Shown piece by piece: positions 1 through 11,519 of a stretch of 64,000 nucleotides of DNA. A model generated the notes under the pieces. It saw only the letters and a program-made list of their open reading frames with translations, was not told the DNA's origin and searched no databases. Origin of the DNA: an uncultured Planctomycetota bacterium (GTDB taxonomy: Bacteria; Planctomycetota; Planctomycetia; Isosphaerales; Isosphaeraceae); the NCBI GenBank assembly GCA_963845755.1, contig CAWJTV010000015.1:64001-128000 (forward strand), read 5' to 3'. How positions within the stretch are numbered: position 1 is the first letter of the stretch; each line of letters starts with the position of its first letter. Made by a program: the position numbers and the translations under genes.

Positions 1-2023
1 GGGATTGATTTCAAGGCGGAGGAGGAATTCCCACCCGACGATACGGGGTATGGGTTCGACAATATCGGCGACGTACTGACAGTTTCTCCACTCCTGCTCG
101 AGAAGTACTTCCAGGCCGCCGAAACCATCGTCAAGACCGCCGTGCCGACGGCCGCGAAGGTTATCCCCGAGCGGACCTATCGCGGCGTCGAATTCCGGGG
201 CGAAGAGCGTGGACTCAACGGCGACCGCCTGGCGTTCGGCAAGGCGGCGAAGGTCTCGCACGCCTTCAGCGCCGATCCATCGGGAGATTACCGGTTTGCG
301 CTCGAAGTCGCCGTTCAGCGCGGTTCCAAGGCCAAGCCCGATCGGTGCACGGTCGTCTTCAGGGCGGGGGATCGTGAACTCCTTCGCGAGAGTTATGGCG
401 CGGCGGAGAATAGGGCGTTCTCCTATACATTCGATCAGAGATTCTCGGGCGACCAACGATTCACATTCGAGGTCATTCCCGAGAAGTCCGAGGCTGGAAA
501 GACGACACAAACTGAGGCGGAGTCCAAATCCAAGACGGCGGCAAGCGATCCGAAAACAGCGGCGGCGGCGTTCCGAGTCGTTTCCCTTCGTGTGCAAGGG
601 CCGACGGATCCGAAGCACTGGACGCGGCCTTCCCGCTATGAACGCTTCTTCCCCAAGGACGAACCTCCTACCGTCGATCCCGAGCGCAGTCAGTATGCCC
701 GCAAGGTTCTCGAACGGTTCGTGAAGCGAGCGTTTCGGCGGCCGGCCGATGAGCGGACAATCCATCGCTTGATCGCCATCGCCGAACGGATTTACCAGCT
801 TCCGGGCAAGCGGTTCGAGGAGGGGATCGCGCAGGCGATGGTGGCCGTTCTGGCCTCGCCGCGGTTCGTCTTTCGCATCGAGTCGGTCGAGCCCGGACAA
901 CGGGCAAAGGCCCCGGCTTTGCTGGATGAATACACGCTTGCTTCACGACTTTCCTATTTTCTCTGGTCAACCATGCCCGATGACGAGCTGTTTGATCTGG
1001 CCGAGCGGGGGAAGCTACGGGCCGACCTGAAGAATCAGGTCAAGCGAATGTTGGGGGATTCGCGTGGCCACGCCTTGACGCAAAATTTTGTCGGCCAGTG
1101 GCTTCAGGTGCGGGACCTGGATGGGATCTATTTCAACGAGCGAGCGATCCTCCGGCGCGAGGGGATCCGGCTGCGGGGCGCCGACACCGAGCGCAACGTG
1201 CTGGTCCGCGAGGTGCGCCAGGCCATGAAGCGGGAAACCGAGATGGCCTTCGAGTCCGTCGCGCGGGAAGACGGCAGCGTGCTGGACTGGATCGACTGCG
1301 ATTACACGTTCCTCAATGCCAGGCTCGCCAAGCATTACGGAATCCCCGGCGTGGAGGGGAGCGAGATGCGAAGGGTGACGCTCCCCAAGGACAGCCCGCG
1401 CGGCGGCGTGCTGACGCACGGGACCGTGCTGGCCGTGACTTCGAATCCGTCACGCACCTCTCCGGTGAAACGGGGCCAGTTCATCCTCGACAACATCCTG
1501 GGGACACCGGCACCTCCTCCTCCGCCAGACATCCCGGCGCTCGAGGCATCGAAGAAGGAGTTCAAAGACCACGACCCGACGACCCGGGAGCTCATGGCGC
1601 ATCCATCGCAGCAAGCCGATGTGCAACGCCTGTCATGCCCGGATGGATCCGCTGGGCCTGGCCCTGGATAATTTCAACCCGCTGGGCCTGTGGCGCGAGG
1701 CCGAGAGCAATCAAAAGATCGATGCCACGGGCCGCTTGATCACGGGTGAGTCGTTCAAGGACATCCGAGACCTGAAGCGGACCCTCAAGGAAAGGCATCG
1801 CCTGGATTTCTACCGGTGCGTGACCGAGAAGCTCCTCACCTATGCCTTGGGGCGGGGCCTTGAGTATTATGATGTCGAAACCGTGGACCAGATCGTTGAG
1901 CGCCTGGATCGCGAGAACGGGCGGTTCTCGGCCCTGCTGATGGGAGTGATCGAATCGGCGCCGTTCCAGAAGCGGCGAAACAATCCCGCTACGACCTCCG
2001 GATCGACGGCGTCTTCCGGCTAA
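1..2023 (+). CDS. DUF1587/DUF1595/DUF1592/DUF1588/DUF1585 (PSD/PSCyt) planctomycete protein; 5'-partial, one frameshift near 1605
   Basis: Frame 1 is open from base 1 (FPPDDTGYGFDNIG). Motifs LASRLSYFLWSTMPD, FVGQWL, RGGVLT..RTSPVKRG, then CNACHARMDPLG and KLLTYALGRGL in ORF 1619..2023. Confidence 0.9.
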
Positions 2024-2037
2024 ATGGTTGACAGGTA

Positions 2038-2098
2038 CGTAGGTCAGGCTTTCCGGCCTGACTCTCCCGAATCCTCAGGCTGGAAAGCCTGACCTACG
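2038..2098. repeat. Inverted pair of GTAG-type REP-like palindromes (REPIN/BIME-like hairpin)
   Basis: cgtaggtcaggctttccggcctga ... tcaggctggaaagcctgacctacg, near-perfect inverted arms in the intergenic gap. Confidence 0.8.
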
Positions 2099-2108
2099 AG
2101 TGTAACCC

Positions 2109-3521
2109 ATGAAACCAGACCATCCGCACGACGAAACGGCCTTGGCCCAACGGTACGCGAGCCTGAGCCGTCGCCATTTCCTCCGAGGGTTGGGTGTTTC
2201 GCTGGCCCTCCCTGCGATGGACTCCCTGCTCTCTCGCGGTGCTGGCACGGCGGCGGCCGCCGAGGCCGCCGGACTGCCGGCGACCACCGCGACGGGGGCT
2301 CCGCTCCGGATGGCCTTCGTCTACGTCCCCAATGGCGTCAACCAGAAGTGCTGGTGGCCGAAAACCGAAGGGAAAGACTTCGAGCTGACCCCCACCCTCC
2401 AGCCGCTGGAACGGCTCAAGAACCAGTTCCAGATCATCGGCGGTCTGGACCAGATCAATGCCACCGGCGGCAAGGACGGGCCGGGCGATCATGCGCGTGC
2501 CTGTGCGACGTTCTTGACCGGCCTCCGGGCCAAGAAGACCGCAGGTGCGGATATCCAAGTGGGCGTCTCGATCGACCAGGTCGCGGCGCGTCGGATCGGT
2601 CACCTCACCCGGTTCCCCTCGCTCGAGCTGGCTTGCGACGCCGCGCGGAAGTCCGGGAACTGCGACTCCGGCTACTCGTGCGCCTACCAGTTCAACCTGT
2701 CGTGGGCGGCACCGTCACTACCGATGACGCCCGAGCCCAATCCGCGGTTCGCATTCGAGCGCCTCTTCGGCGCCGGCTCGCCCGGAGAGCGCGGCAAGAA
2801 CCTGAAGCTCCGCCAGGAGCAGCAACGGTCGATCCTGGATTTCGTCCTCGAAGACACACGGGCCTTGCAGCACGAGCTGGGCTACCGCGATCAGCGGAAG
2901 CTTGACGAGTACCTGAACAGCGTCCGGGAGATCGAGCGCCGCATCCAGGCGGCCGAGCGGTTCCAGGACGTGCCCAATCCCAACGCGGAAGCCCCGGCCG
3001 GGATCCCGGCCAGCTTCCTCGACCACGTCCAGCTCATGTACGACCTGCTCTTCCTGGCCTTCCAGACCGACTCGACGCGAATCGCCACCTTCCTGCTGGC
3101 CTACGAGTCGAGCAACCGCACGTTCCCCGATATCGGCATCACCGACGGACACCACAACCTGTCGCATCACCAGGGCAAGAAAGCCAACCTCGAGAAGATC
3201 GCCCAGATCGACCTGTGGTATATGCAACAGTTCGCGCGGTTCCTCCAGCGGCTGGACGAGGCCAAGGATGTCGATGGGCATTCGATGCTCCACAATTCGA
3301 TGATCGTCTATGGAAGCGGAAACGGCGACGGCAACCGCCACAATCACAACAACCTGCCGTTCATCCTGGCCGGACGCGGTGGCGGCAATCTCTCGTCGGG
3401 CCGCTATCTCAAGCTCAAGGCCCAGCCAATGAGCAACCTGTACCTGGGCATGCTCGATCGCGTGGGAATCCACGACGTCAGCCGCCACGGCGATTCGACC
3501 GGGCGGTTCGAGGGGATTTGA
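2109..3521 (+). CDS. DUF1552 (HXXSHH) protein with Tat-type signal
   Basis: SRRHFLRG Tat motif, SIDQVAA, FPSLEL, DSTRIATF, HHNLSHH; the usual partner of DUF1592 genes. Confidence 0.92.
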   Translation: MKPDHPHDETALAQRYASLSRRHFLRGLGVSLALPAMDSLLSRGAGTAAAAEAAGLPATTATGAPLRMAFVYVPNGVNQKCWWPKTEGKDFELTPTLQPLERLKNQFQIIGGLDQINATGGKDGPGDHARACATFLTGLRAKKTAGADIQVGVSIDQVAARRIGHLTRFPSLELACDAARKSGNCDSGYSCAYQFNLSWAAPSLPMTPEPNPRFAFERLFGAGSPGERGKNLKLRQEQQRSILDFVLEDTRALQHELGYRDQRKLDEYLNSVREIERRIQAAERFQDVPNPNAEAPAGIPASFLDHVQLMYDLLFLAFQTDSTRIATFLLAYESSNRTFPDIGITDGHHNLSHHQGKKANLEKIAQIDLWYMQQFARFLQRLDEAKDVDGHSMLHNSMIVYGSGNGDGNRHNHNNLPFILAGRGGGNLSSGRYLKLKAQPMSNLYLGMLDRVGIHDVSRHGDSTGRFEGI

Positions 3522-3559
3522 ACAGATCTTACTCCACCGGTCGGATCAGGATAGATTTG

Positions 3560-4204
3560 ATGTGGCCGGTGGAGATCCGACATGCCGATATGGCGATCTT
3601 GGAGCGGCCTGCCGGTCGGCCACTTCCGGATGGCGCCGCCCTTCAGGACCGCGAGTCGAAGGACGCAACCGAAAGCGGGATCGCCATTGCTGACACGCCG
3701 CCGACCCCGCGCGTGGTCGCCAGGATCGAGAGTTTCATCTTCGCGAAACGGGCCGACCGCATCGTGATTCGACATGGGCGCAGGGAGGATGTCGCGATCA
3801 TCGAGATCGTCTCTCCGGGCAACAAGGCCAGCCGCCACGCGCTCCGGACGTTCGTCGAGAAAGCCGCCGATATCCTCAATCAAGGCGTAAATCTGCTCGT
3901 CGTCAACCTCTTCCCAGCGACCCCCCGCGACCCCCAGGGCATTCACAAGGCGATCTGGGACGAGCTGGGCGACCAGCCATTCGAGCCGCCGCCCGGCAGG
4001 CCGCTGACCGTCGCGTCCTACCTCGGTGGAGACATCCCGACGGCCTATGTAGAACCCGTCGGGATCGGCGACGTGCTCCCGTCGCTGCCGATCTTCCTCT
4101 CCGAGACGCGCGACATCCCCGCCCCGTTGGAAACGACTTATCAGGAGGCCTGGGCGGTTTTCCCCGACATGCTCAAGGAACTCATCGAGTCGATGGGGAC
4201 GTGA
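3560..4204 (+). CDS. DUF4058-family protein, probably 5'-truncated
   Basis: AIIEIVSPGNK, GIHKAIWDE, YVEPVGIGDVLPSLPIFL, APLETTY; the typical N-terminus is missing. Confidence 0.7.
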   Translation: MWPVEIRHADMAILERPAGRPLPDGAALQDRESKDATESGIAIADTPPTPRVVARIESFIFAKRADRIVIRHGRREDVAIIEIVSPGNKASRHALRTFVEKAADILNQGVNLLVVNLFPATPRDPQGIHKAIWDELGDQPFEPPPGRPLTVASYLGGDIPTAYVEPVGIGDVLPSLPIFLSETRDIPAPLETTYQEAWAVFPDMLKELIESMGT

Positions 4205-4264
4205 GCGCCGATCGAAAGCGGACGGGCCTTCCGATCACTCATGATGTGCGTAGATGCGTCCACG

Positions 4265-4867
4265 TCATGCGATCCAGAGGTTGTGACAGGCTTGCTCGTA
4301 ACTGGATTCCAGGTTGAGAGGGACAACCAACTCCCGGCTTAACCAGAGGGGCCGTGTCGGCAGAGGTTGCCCGATGGTCAGCTCGTGCGACCAGGCTTCG
4401 AGGATCGTTCGATTCTCTTTGATAGTCCAGCGGCATGAGGCGGCGTACAAAGGCGGAGGGAGTTCGCCAAGTGTCGGGTCAGCATGCCCGATGAAGCTCA
4501 TGAACTCGGAGTAAAGGTTGGATTTTCGGACGGTCACGAAATCGATGATGCTCACGGCCACGCCTCTCTGGAGAAGTGCCGCGTACTTTGCGACGAAGAT
4601 ACTGCGGTGTTCCGGTCGGTCCTTGTTCGCAGGGCTGACGATTTCGACGGCGGCCACCAGGTGCCGTCCTCGGTGCGCATCGAAAACCCGGACCTCGTAC
4701 TCATCGTAATCGGCCTGCGAGCCGGAATGGACTCTCGGCTCGGCCACATATCCCGAGGGGAGTTGCTTGCGTAAGTGTTGCACGAGGACTGCGGGCCATT
4801 GCCCATGGAAACCTTCCCAGGAGGCGATTTCGTCCAGTGGCGGCCGATAATGATCGGGTAAAGGCAT
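4265..4867 (-). CDS. DUF4058-family protein, possibly with an internal deletion
   Basis: MPLPDHYRPPL..SWEGFHGQW, LVAAVEIVSPANKDRPEHR, PLWL..VPLNLESSYEQAC. Confidence 0.8.
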   Translation of the reverse strand: MPLPDHYRPPLDEIASWEGFHGQWPAVLVQHLRKQLPSGYVAEPRVHSGSQADYDEYEVRVFDAHRGRHLVAAVEIVSPANKDRPEHRSIFVAKYAALLQRGVAVSIIDFVTVRKSNLYSEFMSFIGHADPTLGELPPPLYAASCRWTIKENRTILEAWSHELTIGQPLPTRPLWLSRELVVPLNLESSYEQACHNLWIA

Positions 4868-5180
4868 CTGCAAGACTCCTTCAATTGCATCTTCGCAGAT
4901 ACTTCCTCGAAATCATGCGCACAAAGAGAATCCAAGGCCGGCCAGCCCTTTGATGTCGCTTGAGCCATCGGGGCGGATTCCGGATATCCTAGTCTACACC
5001 CGACGCGATTCGGCCGGGAATGGGGTCATCGGGGTAGGCACGGCTTGGCATGTCTCCTTGCGTTGACAGGTCTCGAGCGAGTACCGAAAACCTGACTGGG
5101 ATTCGCAATCTTCGGTATCGCCTACTTCCTGGCCTATCAATTGCGCGGCAATCCTGCCCAAGTTGCGCCGATTCCATACT

Positions 5181-5228
5181 CTATTGAATTGATAATATTA
5201 TATTTTATATATATAAATAATATATTGT
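5181..5228. other. Extremely AT-rich tract
   Basis: ctattgaattgataatattatattttatatatataaataatatattgt in an otherwise GC-rich background. Confidence 0.85.
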
Positions 5229-5635
5229 CCTGGTTTCAAGCGACCTTGTACCCGTACGAAATCGTCTACTCGGACGGCACTTTGATCTTCGTCGGCATCG
5301 GCGGGGCCGTGGGCTACCATCTCGACATTCGGCAACGACAGGCGGAAGTGCCGGAGTCCGGCAGCGGTCCGCACAGGGCTGTCCCGACGATGTGATCACA
5401 CGTCGAGGACGGACGGCTCCCATAGTCGAGAATCGATCTCGCCTAGATTCCCGCCATCGGGAAAAAGACGAGCCCAGGCCGCTCCATCGACTGGGCACCT
5501 GAGCGCATGGTTCGTGATGCGAACAGTCCGTCCTGACACGGGTTTCGAAGGTGGTTTGAGGGTTGGAGATTCGAATTGTGGATGCGTGACGTTCATGAAG
5601 AAATCGCTGGATTATCAGTCCGCGGAGGTTGAAAC

Positions 5636-5651
5636 CGGTCCAGGACTTGCT
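5636..5651 (+). promoter_or_regulatory. Possible sigma-54 promoter of the act/cox operon
   Basis: cGGtccaggacttGCt has GG-N10-GC spacing and TTGCT, about 80 bp before actA; the -24 box is imperfect. Confidence 0.35.
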
Positions 5652-5731
5652 AAGGTAGTTGCCAGCTTGTCGGAACCTCGAAGACAGGACGTCCAGACGC
5701 CAGGAGAGCGTTTCGAGCGGAGAACGCGCCC

Positions 5732-6388
5732 GTGCAAGTCTTCCACCCGAGTGCCAATACCCTGTCACGACTGACGATCTATGGGTCGGTCGTGATGTTC
5801 CTGGGGCCCGTGGTCCTCACCTACCTGGTCCTGCGTTCTCCGTATCAGACGAAGGTCGGCGTCATTCAGCCGCAGCCGGTCCCGTTTTCGCACGAGCACC
5901 ATGTGCGCGGACTGGGGATCGATTGCCGGTATTGCCATACCACGGTGGAGTCCTCCGCGTTCGCCGGGTTACCACCAACCCACACGTGCATGAGCTGTCA
6001 CTCGCAGATCTGGTCAACGGCCGAGATGCTCGAACCCGTTCGGACCAGCCTCGCTCAGAAGAAGCCGCTCGTGTGGACCCGCGTCCACAACGTCCCCGAT
6101 TTCGTCTACTTCAACCACAGTATCCACGTAAACAAAGGCGTGGGCTGTGAGAGCTGCCACGGCCGGGTTGACCAGATGCCGATCCTCTGGAAAGCCGAGC
6201 CCATGACCATGGAGTGGTGCCTCAACTGTCATCGGAGCCCGGAACTTCACCTGCGCGAGCAGCGCGATATCTACAACATGGGATACGCCCTCTCGGAGCG
6301 ACAGCAACTCGAGATCGGGCGTGACCTGGTCAAGCGGAATCATATTGAGATCGACCGGTTGATCAATTGCTCGGTGTGCCATCGATGA
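5732..6388 (+). CDS. actA: Alternative complex III pentaheme cytochrome c subunit
   Basis: Five CxxCH motifs (CRYCH, CMSCH, CESCH, CLNCH, CSVCH), QPVPFSHEHH, PDFVYFNHSIH, N-terminal TM helix. Confidence 0.95.
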   Translation: MQVFHPSANTLSRLTIYGSVVMFLGPVVLTYLVLRSPYQTKVGVIQPQPVPFSHEHHVRGLGIDCRYCHTTVESSAFAGLPPTHTCMSCHSQIWSTAEMLEPVRTSLAQKKPLVWTRVHNVPDFVYFNHSIHVNKGVGCESCHGRVDQMPILWKAEPMTMEWCLNCHRSPELHLREQRDIYNMGYALSERQQLEIGRDLVKRNHIEIDRLINCSVCHR

Positions 6389-9300
6389 GCGAACAACCCG
6401 ACCCGTATCCGAAGTCAAAGAACGCCTCCCACGTGGGGGTCGAGCTGCCGATTCTGTCGAGCGGCCCGATCCTCTGGCGAAGCCTGGATGAACTGTCCGA
6501 TGCGGTCGCTAGGCCTGACCCGCATGCGCAGGTTCATGAGGTTGATTCGTATCAACAGCTCGTGGAGCTTTCGAGTCTCGGGGCGGATCCTTCGAGCCGC
6601 CGCGAGTTCCTGCGACTGATGGCGGCTTCGATGGCGCTGGGTGGCCTGGGAGGTCTTAGTGGGTGTGCGATTCAGCCGACCGGGTCGATTGTGCCTTACG
6701 TCGAGGCGCCCGAGCAGATCGTGCCCGGCAAGCCGCTGTTCTTCACCTCGGCCGTCGCGATGGACGGGTTCGCCTGCGGCGTCCTGGTCGAGAGCCACAT
6801 GGGCCGGCCGACCAAGATCGAGGGAAACCCCGATCATCCGGCCAGCCTGGGCGCGACCGACGCGTTCACCCAGGCCACGATCCTCTCATTCTACGACCCG
6901 GACCGCTCGCAAGTCGTGACTCATGACGGGCGCGTCGATACGTGGGAACATGCTCAGGAGATTCTCCTTCAGGTCCGAGATAAACTCAAGGCGACCCGGG
7001 GCACCGGCGTGCGCGTCCTCACCCAGGCGCTGCAGCTCGCCCACGCTGGCCGACCAGCTCCGCCGGCTGCAAGCCGAGTTCCCTCAGGCGAAGTGGCACG
7101 CCTATGAGCCGGTCACACGCGACGCCGTCGGGGCCGGCTGCCGGCTGGCCTTCGGCGAGGAGCTGGAGCCGGCCTACCACCTCGACAAGGCCGACGTCAT
7201 CGTCGCGCTCGATGCCGACTTCCTGACCTGGGGACCGGGCCGGCTCAAGGACTCGCGCGCCTTCGCGGCCCGCCGGGAGACGGAGAAAAACCCGCGGTCT
7301 TACATCACGGGCCGCGCGGAGGAGGACACGGCTCCCGAGTCCGCGACGATGAACCGGCTCTACGCGATCGAGTGCACGCCGACTCTGACGGGGGCCTCGG
7401 CGGACCACCGATTACCCGTCGCGGCGCGGGACATCGCCGCAATCGCGCAGGCCATTGCCGAGGTGCTCGGCGTGGCTGAGTCGCCCGCGACGGCCGTGCG
7501 AACGCTCCCGGCTGGGCTCCAATCGCACGCCCGGTGGATCGAGGCGATGGGGCGCGACCTCAAGGCCGCCGGCGCCAAGGGGCTGGTCATTGCGGGTCAT
7601 GGCCAGCCGAAGGAAGTCCACGCGCTGACGAATAGGATCAACCATGCGCTGGGCGCCGTGGGTCAGACAGTAACCTTCTTCGAACGCGTGGACGTAGGGC
7701 CGACCGATCATTTCGGCTCGATCCGCGAGCTCGCCGCCGACATCCGAGCGGACGCGGTGGACACGCTGATCATCCTGGGAGGCAACCCGGCATACGACGC
7801 CCCCTCAGAGCTGGATTTCGCCAATTTGTTGCTTTCGGGCAAGGCCAATCAATGCATCCATCTCGGCCCGTACGATGATGAGACGGCTCGGCTCTGCCAC
7901 TGGCACATTCCAGAGGCACACGCGTTGGAGTCCTGGGGTGATCTGCGCGCGTTCGACGGGTCGGCGACCATCCAGCAACCGTTGATCGCGCCGCTCTACG
8001 GCGGCAAGTCCGCGATCGAGGTCCTGGCGCTCCTCCTGGGTGAACCGGGGCGCTGGGCCTTGAGATCGTGCGCGACTACTGGCGGCGTCAGAACCTTCCC
8101 GGCGATTTCGAAACCGTGTGGCGGCAAGCGCTCAAGAGAGGGCTCATCGCCGATACGGCTCGGACGCCGAAAACCGTGACGCCCAGGGTCAAGGATGTCC
8201 CAGCCGAGACATCACCGCCAGCCAGCGGACCCGGCCTGGAGCTGGTCTTTCGTCCCGACCCGGCGATCTGGGACGGCCGATTCGCCAATAACGCCTGGCT
8301 CCAGGAATGGCCCAGGCCGCTGACGCGATTGACCTGGGACAACGCCGCCCTGATCAGTCCGGTACTCGCCGGCCGGATGGGGATCAAGGAGGGCGATATT
8401 GTGGAGCTGCGTTATCGCGGCAAGGGTGTGGAGATCCCGGTCTCGATCCTGCCGGGCCAGGCCGAAGAGACGGTCACGGTCACTCTGGGATACGGTCGCC
8501 AGCACGCCGGCCGGGTTGGCAACGGGGTCGGCGTCGATGTTTATCCGCTTCGAACGGCCGACGCTCCGTGGTTCGGACAGGGCCTGGAGGTCGTCAAGAC
8601 GGGGCGGGATTATCGACTCGCGACCACCCAACATCATCACCGGACGGAGGGTCGCGACGTGGTGCGGGTCGCCAACCTCGAGACTTACCGCAAGGACAGC
8701 CATTTCGCCCAGTTGCACGAGCAGGACCGCGAGTTCCACGGGCCGAGCCTCATCGACGATCCTACCCCGCAGGCGGAGCACGAGGCGGGCGAGGGGAACG
8801 CCTGGGGGATGGTGGTCAACCTCAACGCCTGCACCGGCTGCGGGGCCTGCGTGACCGCCTGCCAGGCCGAGAACAACATCGCGGTCGTCGGCCGCGAGGA
8901 AGTCCTGGCCTCGCGCGAGCTGCACTGGATCCGCATCGATCGCTACTTCGAGGGCGAGGATACGCACAATCCCCCGATCGACTTCCAGCCCGTGGCCTGC
9001 GTGCACTGCGAGAAGGCCCCGTGCGAGGTCGTCTGCCCGGTGGGCGCGACGAGCCATAGCGCCGAGGGACTCAACGAGATGACGTACAACCGCTGCGTCG
9101 GCACGCGGTACTGCTCGAACAACTGTCCGTACAAGGTCCGCCGGTTCAACTTCTTCCAGTATTCCGACGAGGAGACACCCAGCCTGAAACTGATGAGGAA
9201 TCCCGAGGTGACCGTGCGGCCGCGCGGTGTGATGGAGAAATGCAGCGTACTGCGTCCAGAGGATCAACCGGGCGCGAATCACCGCGGACATCGAGAATCG

Positions 9301-9538
9301 CGCGGTCGGCGGCGACGAGGTCGTGACGGCCTGTCAGGCCGCCTGCCCGAGTCGGGCGATTATTTTCGGTAATCTCAATGATAAGAATAGCGCGGTGACG
9401 CGGGCCAAGGCCAGCCCGCGCAATTATGGATTGCTGGCCGAGCTGAACACCCGGCCGCGCACGACGTACCTGGCCAGGCTCCGCAATCCCAACCCCGAAA
9501 TCGAGGCGATCTCGCGCGATGGCTCCCCGCGATCCTGA
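6385..9538 (+). CDS. actB: ACIII molybdopterin-oxidoreductase-like/Fe-S subunit; frameshifts near 7030, 8055 and 9245
   Basis: [19 protein letters not shown]at-variant signal, [79 protein letters not shown]. Confidence 0.93.
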
Positions 9539-10961
9539 GACTCCCCGCGAGCCTGCATCGGCCGGTCTGCCGGAGGTCGCCTCGGTCCTTGCACCCGGGC
9601 ACACCTACGCATCGGTGACCGACAAGATCAGCGCGCTGGTACTGGTCCGGCCCTACAACTGGCGATGGTTCCTCGGCATGGGCATCGGGTTCGCCCTGAC
9701 GATGCTGCTGATGTTCGCCATCACCTGGCTGCTGGTCCGCGGCGTCGGGATCTGGGGTATCGACGTCCCGGTCATGTGGGGGTTCGCGATCGTCAACTTC
9801 GTCTGGTGGATCGGGATCGGCCACGCCGGCACCTTGATCTCGGCAATCCTCCTGCTTCTGAAGCAAGACTGGCGGACATCGATCAACCGGTTCGCCGAGG
9901 CGATGACCCTCTTCGCCGTGGCCTGCGCCGGTCTGTTCCCGCTCTTGCACCTGGGCCGGCCCTGGGTCTTCTACTGGCTGATCCCGTATCCCAATACGAT
10001 GAACCTCTGGCCGCAATGGCGAAGTCCCTTGATCTGGGACGTCTTCGCCGTCTCGACCTACGGCACCGTGTCGCTGTTGTTCTGGTATGTTGGGCTGATC
10101 CCCGACCTGGCCACGTTGAGGGATCGGGCGAAGAACCGTTGGGCGCGGTATATCTACGCGTTCCTGGCCATGGGCTGGCGGGGCTCGGCGCGGCACTGGC
10201 ATCGCTATCGGACCGCCTACCTGCTCCTGGCCGGTCTGGCCACACCACTGGTCGTCTCGGTGCACTCGGTGGTGGCCCTGGACTTCACAGTCGCGATCCT
10301 GCCCGGCTGGCACTCCACGATCTTCCCGCCTTTCTTCGTCGCCGGGGCAATCTTCTCCGGGTTCGCCATGGTGGTGACCATCGCCGTCCCGCTCCGCGCC
10401 GCCTACGGTCTCAAGGACTTCATCACGCTCCGGCACCTGGAGAACATGGCCAAAGTCCTCCTGGCCACCGGGATGGTCGTGTCCTACGGCTACCTGATGG
10501 AAGCCTTCACGGCCTGGTACAGCCAGAACCCGTACGAGATGTTCGTCCAGTTGAAGAACCGGACGACAGGACCCTATGCTCACACGTACTGGATGATGAT
10601 TGCCTGTAATGTGATCATTCCGCAGTTTCTCTGGTCCCGCTGGGTCCGGACCCACCCGGTCGTCTTGTGGTTCCTCTCGATCTTCGTGAACATCGGGATG
10701 TGGCTGGAGCGGTACGTGATCATCGTCACCAGCCTGCATCGCGACTTCGTGCCGTCGTCGTGGAGCATGTACCACGGGACATTCTGGGACTACGCGACGT
10801 TCTACGGCACGCTGGGATTGTTCCTGTCGTTGATGTTCCTGTTCATTCGCTTCCTTCCGGTGATCTCGATCACCGAGATGCGCGAGCTGGTCCACGAGAC
10901 GCAGCGGGAGGAACAGGACGGGCACGGGACGGTGTCGCCTTCCGGGGAGGCCTCGCCATGA
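9519..10961 (+). CDS. actC: ACIII NrfD/PsrC-family quinol-binding membrane subunit
   Basis: [61 protein letters not shown]. Confidence 0.96.
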   Translation: MAPRDPETPREPASAGLPEVASVLAPGHTYASVTDKISALVLVRPYNWRWFLGMGIGFALTMLLMFAITWLLVRGVGIWGIDVPVMWGFAIVNFVWWIGIGHAGTLISAILLLLKQDWRTSINRFAEAMTLFAVACAGLFPLLHLGRPWVFYWLIPYPNTMNLWPQWRSPLIWDVFAVSTYGTVSLLFWYVGLIPDLATLRDRAKNRWARYIYAFLAMGWRGSARHWHRYRTAYLLLAGLATPLVVSVHSVVALDFTVAILPGWHSTIFPPFFVAGAIFSGFAMVVTIAVPLRAAYGLKDFITLRHLENMAKVLLATGMVVSYGYLMEAFTAWYSQNPYEMFVQLKNRTTGPYAHTYWMMIACNVIIPQFLWSRWVRTHPVVLWFLSIFVNIGMWLERYVIIVTSLHRDFVPSSWSMYHGTFWDYATFYGTLGLFLSLMFLFIRFLPVISITEMRELVHETQREEQDGHGTVSPSGEASP

Positions 10962-11506
10962 AAGTCGCGCACGACCCGACGGGCCCTTACGGGCTCATCG
11001 CCGAGTTCGACCGGCCCGACGACGTGATCGAGGCGACCCAGGGCGCCTACGAACACGGTTACCGGATGATGGAGGCGTACACGCCGTTCCCCGTTGATGG
11101 TCTGGCCGAAGCGCTGGGATTCCAGAAGAATCGGGTCGCGGCGTGCGTCCTGATCGGCGGGGTGACGGGCGGGTTGCTCGGGTTCTTCATGCAATGGTAC
11201 TCGGCCACTCTGAGCTACCCCCTGGACATCGGCGGGCGGCCGCTCAACAGTTGGCCGGCGTTCATCCCGATCACGTTCGAGATGACGATCCTGTTCGCGG
11301 CGCTCGCGGCGGTATTCGGGATGCTCGGGCTCAACGGGCTGCCCCGTCCGCACCATCCAGTGTTCAACGTGCCCAGTTTCGCCCTGGCGTCTCGCAACCG
11401 GTTCTTCCTTTGCCTCCAGGCACGCGACCCGCTGTTCGACGAGGTGGAGTCGCGCCGGTTCCTGGAGAAGTTCCGGCCCAAGTCCATCGACGTGGTCCCA
11501 TTCTGA
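10958..11506 (+). CDS. actD: ACIII subunit D (DUF3341)
   Basis: YTPFPVDGL, IGGRPLNSWPAFIPITFEMTIL; its ATG overlaps the actC stop. Confidence 0.93.
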   Translation: MKVAHDPTGPYGLIAEFDRPDDVIEATQGAYEHGYRMMEAYTPFPVDGLAEALGFQKNRVAACVLIGGVTGGLLGFFMQWYSATLSYPLDIGGRPLNSWPAFIPITFEMTILFAALAAVFGMLGLNGLPRPHHPVFNVPSFALASRNRFFLCLQARDPLFDEVESRRFLEKFRPKSIDVVPF

Positions 11507-11519
11507 TAGGCCTAAGCGA

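Noticed and set aside
9375..10925. Long antisense ORFs (also 28695..30125, 15617..16927, 60907..62196)
   Set aside because: Shadow ORFs of high-GC coding strands with no recognisable motifs.
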